Of a stretch of DNA of 64,000 bases, positions 57,601 through 64,000 are shown one piece after another. Source of the stretch: Eledone cirrhosa (Eukaryota); contig OZ024763.1 in the NCBI GenBank assembly GCA_964016885.1, positions 10,230,001 to 10,294,000 on the forward strand, read 5' to 3'. The notes beneath the pieces were generated by a model. That model was not told the origin of the DNA. It made no database searches and worked only from the letters and a program-made list of their open reading frames with translations. Numbering within the stretch: the first letter of the stretch is position 1; each line of letters opens with the position of its first letter. Both the position numbers and the translations under genes were made by a program.

Positions 57601-60600
57601 CATTTTATTCATTTATGGTGACGTTTTAGTCATACATGATGAAGTTTTATTCATTTATGATAACGTTTTAGCCATTTTACTCATTTATGATGCCTTTTTA
57701 GCCATTATAGTCATTTATGATGCCGTTTTAGCCATTTTAGTCATTTATGCTGCCGTTTTAGCCTTTTATGATGACGTTTTAGTCATTTATGGTGACGTTT
57801 TGGTCATTTAACTCATTTATGATGTCTTTTTCGCCATCTTAGTCATTTATTATGCCGTTTTAGACATTTTAGTCATTTATGGTGACGTTGTAGTCGTTTA
57901 TGAAGACGTTTTAGTCATTTATGATGACGTTTTAGTCATTTATGATGACGTTTTAGTCATTTATGATGACGTTTTAGCCATTTTATTTATTTATGATGCC
58001 TTTTTAGCCGTTTTAGTCATTTATGATGCAGTTTTAGCCATTTATTATGCCGTTTAGAGCCATTTTTGTCATTTATGGTTACGTTTTAGTCATTTATTAT
58101 GACGTTTTAGTCATTTATGATGCCGTTTTAGCCATTTTAACCATTTATGATGCCGTTTCAGCCATTCTACTCATTTATGGAGACGCTTTACTAATTTATG
58201 ATGACGTTTTGGCCATTTTACTCATTTATGATGCCTTTTTAGCCATTTTATTCATTTATAATACCGTTTTAGCCATTTCGGCCATTTATGATACCGTTTT
58301 AGCCATTTTATTCATTTATGGTGACGTTTTAGTCATACATGATGAAGTTTTATTCATTTATGATAACGTTTTAGCCATTTTACTCATTTATGATGCCTTT
58401 TTAGCCATTATAGTCATTTATGATGCCGTTTTAGCCATTTTAGTCATTTATGCTGCCGTTTTAGCCATTTATGATGACGTTTTAGTCATTTATGGTGACG
58501 TTTTGGTCATTTAACTCATTTATGATGTCTTTTTAGCCATCTTAGTCATTTATTATGCCGTTTTAGACATTTTAGTCATTTATGGTGACGGTTTAGTCGT
58601 TTATGAAGACGTTTTAGTCGTTTATGAAGACGTTTTAGTCATTTATGATGACGTTTTAGTCATTTATGATGACGTTTTAGCCATTTTACTTATTTATGAT
58701 GCCTTTTTAGCCGTTTTAGTCATTTATGATGCAGTTTTAGCCATTTATTATGCCGTTTTAGCCATTTTTGTCATTTATGGTGACGTTTTAGTCATTTATT
58801 ATGACGTTTTAGTCATTTATGATGCCGTTTTAGCCATTTTAACCATTTATGATGCGGTTTTAGCCACTTTATTCATATATGGTAACGTTTTAGTCATTTA
58901 TAATGACGTTTTAGTAATTTATGATCACGTTTTGGCCATTTTACACATTTATGATGCCGTTTTAGTCATTCATAATGCTGTTTTAGCCATTTTAGTCATT
59001 TATGATGACGTTTGTAGTGATTTTAGTCATTTATGATGCCGTTTTAGCCATTTTACCCATTTATGATGCCGTTTCAGCCATTCTACTCATTTATGGAGAC
59101 GCTTTACTAATTTATGATGACGTTTTGGCCATTTTACTCATTTATGATGCCTTTTTAGCCATTTTATTCATTTATAATACCGTTTTAGCCATTTCGGCCA
59201 TTTATGATACCGTTTTAGCCATTTTATTCATTTATGGTGACGTTTTAGTCATACATGATGAAGTTTTATTCATTTATGATAACGTTTTAGCCATTTTACT
59301 CATTTATGATGCCTTTTTAGCCATTATAGTCATTTATGATGCCGTTTTAGCCATTTTAGTCATTTATGCTGCCGTTTTAGCCATTTATGATGACGTTTTA
59401 GTCATTTATGGTGACGTTTTGGTCATTTAACTCATTTATGATATCTTTTTAGCCATCTTAGTCATTTATTATGCCGTTTTAGACATTTTAGTCATTTATG
59501 GTGACGTTTTAGTCGTTTATGAAGACGTTTTAGTCATTTATGATGACGTTTTAGTCATTTATGATGACTTTTTAGCCATTTTACTTATTTATGATGCCCT
59601 TTTAGCCGTTTTAGTCATTTATGATGCCGTTTTAGCCATTTATTATGCCGTTTTAGCCATTTTAGTCATTTATGGTGACGTTTTAGTCATTTTTGATCAC
59701 GTTTTGGCCATTTCACACATTTATGATGCCGTTTTAGTCATTCATAATGCCGTTTTAGCCATTTTAGTCATTCATGATGACGTTTTAGTCATTTATGATG
59801 ACGTTTCAGCCATTTTACTCATTTATTATGCCTTTTTAGCCATTTGTGATGACGTGTTAGCCATTTTAGTGATTTATGATGACGTTTTAGTCGTTTATGA
59901 TGACGTTATAGCCATTTTAGTCATTTATGATGCCTCTTTAGCCATTTTAGTCACTTATGATGCCGTTTTAGCCATTTATGATGCCGTTTTAGCCATTTCA
60001 GTCATTTATGGTGACGTTTTAGTCGTTTATGATGACGTTTTAGTCATTCATAATGCCGTTTTAGCCACTTTCATCATTTATGATGATGTTTTAGACATTT
60101 ATTATGAAGTTTCAGCAATTTTACTCATTTATGATGCCTTTTTAGCCATTTTAGCCATTTATGATGCCTTTTTAGCCATTTTAGTCATTCATGATGCCGT
60201 TTTAGCCATTTATGATGCCGTTTTGCCCATTTAATCAATTTTAGTCATTTATGGTGGCGTTTTATTCATTTCTGAAGACGTTTTAGTAATTTAGTATGAC
60301 GTTTTAGCCATTTTACTCATTTATGATGCCTTTTTAGACGTTTTAGTCATTTATGATGCCGTTTTCACGATTTTAGCCACTTATGATGCCATTTCAGTCA
60401 TTAATGGAGACGTTTTACTCATTTATGATGACGTTTTAGCCATTTTAGTCATTTATGATGCCGTTTTAGGTCATTTATAATGCCGTTTTAGGCCATTTGA
60501 CTCATTTATAATGCCGTTTTAGTCATTCATAATGCCGTTTTAGCCATTTTCATCATTTATGATGATGTTTTAGACATTTATGATGAAGTTTTAGTCATTT

Positions 60601-63600
60601 ATGATGACGTTTTGGCCATTTAACTCATTTATGATGCCTTTTTAGCCATTATAATCTTTTATGATGCCGTTTTAGCCATTTTAGTCATTTATGCTGCCAT
60701 CTTAGTCATTTATGATGCCGTTTTAGACATTTTAGTCATTTATGGTGACGTTTTAGTCGTTTATGAAGACGTTTTAGTCATTTATGATGACGTTTTAGCC
60801 AATTTACTTATTTATGATGCCTTCTTAGCCGTTTTAGTCATTTATGATGCCGTTTTAGCCATTTATTATGCCGTTTTAGCCATTTTAGTCATTTATGGTG
60901 ACGTTTTAGTCATTTATTATGACGTTTTTAGTCATTTATGATAATGTTTTAGCCATTTTAACCATTTATGATGCGGTTTTAGCCATTTTATTCATTTATG
61001 GTGACGTTTTAGTTATTTATGATGACGTTTTAGTAATTTATGATCACGTTTTGGCCATTTTACACATTTATGATGCCGTTTTAGTCATTCATAATGTTGT
61101 TTTAGCCATTTTAGTCATTTATGATGACGTTTTAGTCATTTATGATGACGTTTCAGCCATTTTTACTCATTTATTATGCCTTTTTAGCCATTTGTGATGA
61201 CGTTTTAGCCATTTTAGTGATTTATGATGACGTTATAGCCATTTTTAGTCATTTATGATGACGTTATAGCCATTTTAGTCACTTATGATGCCGTTTTAGC
61301 CATTTCAGTCATTTATAGTGACGTTTTAGTCGTTTATGATGACGTTTTAGTAATTTATGATGACGTTTTGGGCATTTGACTCATTTATGATGCCGTTTTA
61401 GTCATTCATAATGCCGTTTTAGCCATTTTCATCATTTATGATGATGTTTTAGACATTTATGATGAAGTTTCAGCCATTTTATTCATTTATGATGCCTTTT
61501 TAGCCATTTTAGTCATTCATGATGCCGTTTTAGCCATTTATGATGCCGTTTTGCCCATTTCAGTCAATTTTAGTCATTTATGGTGACGTTTTATTCATTT
61601 CTGAAGACGTTTTAGTCATTTAGTATGACGTTTTAGCCATTTTACTCATTTATGATGCCTTTTCAGCCGTTTTAGTCATTCATGATGACGTTTTTCGCGA
61701 TTTTTAGCCATTTATGATGCCGTTTCAGTCATTAATGGAGACGTTTTTACTCATTTATGATGACGTTTTAGCCATTTTAGTCATTTATTATGCCGTTTTA
61801 GGTCATTTATAATGCCGTTTTAGGCCATTTGACTCATTTATAATGCCGTTTTAGTCATTCATAATGCAGTTTTAGCCATTTTCATCATTTATGATGATGT
61901 TTTAGACATTTATGATGAAGTTTTAGTCATTTATGATGACGTTTTGGCCATTTAACTCATTTATGATGCCTTTTTAGCATTATAATCTTTTATGATGCCG
62001 TTTTAGCCATTTTAGTCATTTATGCTGCCATCTTAGTCATTTATGATGCCGTTTTAGACATTTTAGTCATTTATGGTGACGTTTTAGTCGTTTATGAAGA
62101 CGTTTTAGTCATTTATGATGACGTTTTAGCCAATTTACTTATTTATGATGCCTTCTTAGCCGTTTTAGTCATTTATGATGCCGTTTTAGCCATTTATTAT
62201 GCCGTTTTAGCCATTTTAGTCATTTATGGTGACGTTTTAGTCATTTATTATGACGTTTTAGTCATTTATGATAATGTTTTTAGCCATTTTAACCATTTAT
62301 GATGCGGTTTTAGCCATTTTATTCATTTATGGTGACGTTTTAGTTATTTATGATGACGTTTTAGTAATTTATGATCACGTTTTGGCCATTTTACACATTT
62401 ATGATGCCGTTTTAGTCATTCATAATGTCGTTTTAGCCATTTTAGTCATTTATGATGACGTTTTAGTCATTTATGATGACGTTTCAGCCATTTTACTCAT
62501 TTATTATGCCTTTTTAGCCATTTGTGATGACGTTTTAGCCATTTTAGTGATTTATGATGACGTTATAGCCATTTTAGTCATTTATGATGACGTTATAGCC
62601 ATTTTAGTCACTTATGATGCCGATTTAGCCATTTCAGTCATTTATAGTGACGTTTTAGTCGTTTATGATGACGTTTTAGTAATTTATGATGGACGTTTTG
62701 GGCATTTGACTCATTTATGATGCCGTTTTAGTCATTCATAATGCCGTTTTAGCCATTTTCATCATTTATGATGATGTTTTAGACATTTATGATGAAGTTT
62801 CAGCCATTTTATTCATTTATGATGCCTTTTTAGCCATTTTAGCCATTTATGATGCCTTTTTTAGCCATTTTAGTCATTCATGATGCCGTTTTAGCCATTT
62901 ATGATGCCGTTTTGCCCATTTCAGTCAATTTTAGTCATTTATGGTGACGTTTTATTCATTTCTGAAGACGTTTTAGTCATTTAGTATGACGTTTTAGCCA
63001 TTTTACTCATTTATGATGCCTTTTCAGCCGTTTTAGTCATTCATGATGCCGTTTTCGCGATTTTAGCCATTTATGATGCCGTTTCAGTCATTAATGGAGA
63101 CGTTTTACTCATTTATGATGACGTTTTAGCCATTTTAGTCATTTATTATGCCGTTTTAGGTCATTTATAATGCCGTTTTAGGCCATTTGACTCATTTATG
63201 ATGCCGTTTTAGTCATTCATAATGCCGTTTTAGCCATCTTCATCATTTATGATGATGTTTTAGACATTTATGATGACGTTTTAGCCATTTTAGTCATTTA
63301 TGTTTGACGTTTTAGTCATTCATGATGAAGTTTATTCATTTATGATAATGTTTTAGCCATTTTACTCATTTATGATGCCTTTTAAGCCATTTTAGTCATT
63401 TATGATGCCGTTTTAGCCATTTTACCCATTTATGATGCCGTTTTTAGCTATTTTAGTCAATTATGATACCGTTTTAGACATTTTAGCCATATATGATGCC
63501 GTTTTAGCTATTTTAGTCATTTATGGTGACGTTTCAGCCATTTTACTCATTTATGATGCCTTTTAAGCCATTTATGATGACGTTTTAGTCATTCATAATG

Positions 63601-64000
63601 CCGTTTTAAAACATTTTAGTCAATTTATGATGACGTTTTAGTCATTCATAATGCCGTTTTAAACATTTTAGTCATTTATGATGACGTTTTAGTCATTTAT
63701 GATGCCTTTTTAGCCATTTTAGTCATTTATAATGCCGTTTTAGTAAAATATACTCATTTATGGTGAGATTTTAGTCATTTATGATGACGTTTTAGCCATT
63801 TTTAGCCATTTATGATGCCGTTTTAGCTGTTTTACTCATTTATGATGCCGTTTTAGCTATTTTAGCCATTTATGATGCCGTTTTAGCCGTTTTACTTATT
63901 TATGATGCCTTTTTAGCCATTTATGGTGAGGTTTTAGTCATTTATGATGACGTTTTAGCCATTTTTACTCATTTATGATGCCTTTTTAGCCATTTTAGTC
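51611..64000. repeat. Large satellite built from 21-bp (catttatgatgacgttttagt) and 9-bp (cattttagc) modules, with ~0.9-kb and ~1.35-kb higher-order duplications; runs off the window
   Basis: Direct reading; diagnostic variants (e.g. catacatgatgaag) recur, and near-identical pseudo-ORFs start at 54841, 55757, 56684 and 59002. Confidence 0.96.

Noticed and set aside
51611-64000. GTTTTAG-rich repeats resembling CRISPR repeats, and hydrophobic IYDDVLAIL ORFs resembling membrane proteins
   Set aside because: No unique spacers, no cas genes, eukaryotic context; the ORFs arise because module lengths are multiples of 3 and they are broken by stops and frameshifts

Overview
This is AT-rich, extremely repeat-dense animal genomic DNA. 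The SINE types, RTE/Dong/Penelope content and microsatellite load suggest a cephalopod such as an octopus (inference). One protein-coding gene is well supported: the 3' six coding exons (+ strand, 36107-50705, about 742 aa in view) of a hillarin / kyphoscoliosis-peptidase-like protein with a coiled-coil region and a transglutaminase-like core lacking the catalytic triad. I could not find its 5' exons. The rest is transposon debris (RTE, Tx1/L1, Dong/R4 and Penelope-like retroelements, a full-length but defective maT/Tc1-mariner, hAT and piggyBac-like remnants, two tRNA-derived SINE families), many mini/microsatellites, and a >12-kb satellite running off the right end. Two signals stand out. 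(1) At least nine type I hammerhead-ribozyme motifs, from about four unrelated families of small non-coding elements lodged in or beside (TA)n tracts; two copies are fold-back palindromes with a ribozyme on each strand, and one family has a variant CAGAAGA core. (2) An intronic minisatellite built from the gene's own 3' splice site, placing 18 decoy acceptors ahead of the real one. All calls come from reading the sequence by eye; no searches or folding programs were run.
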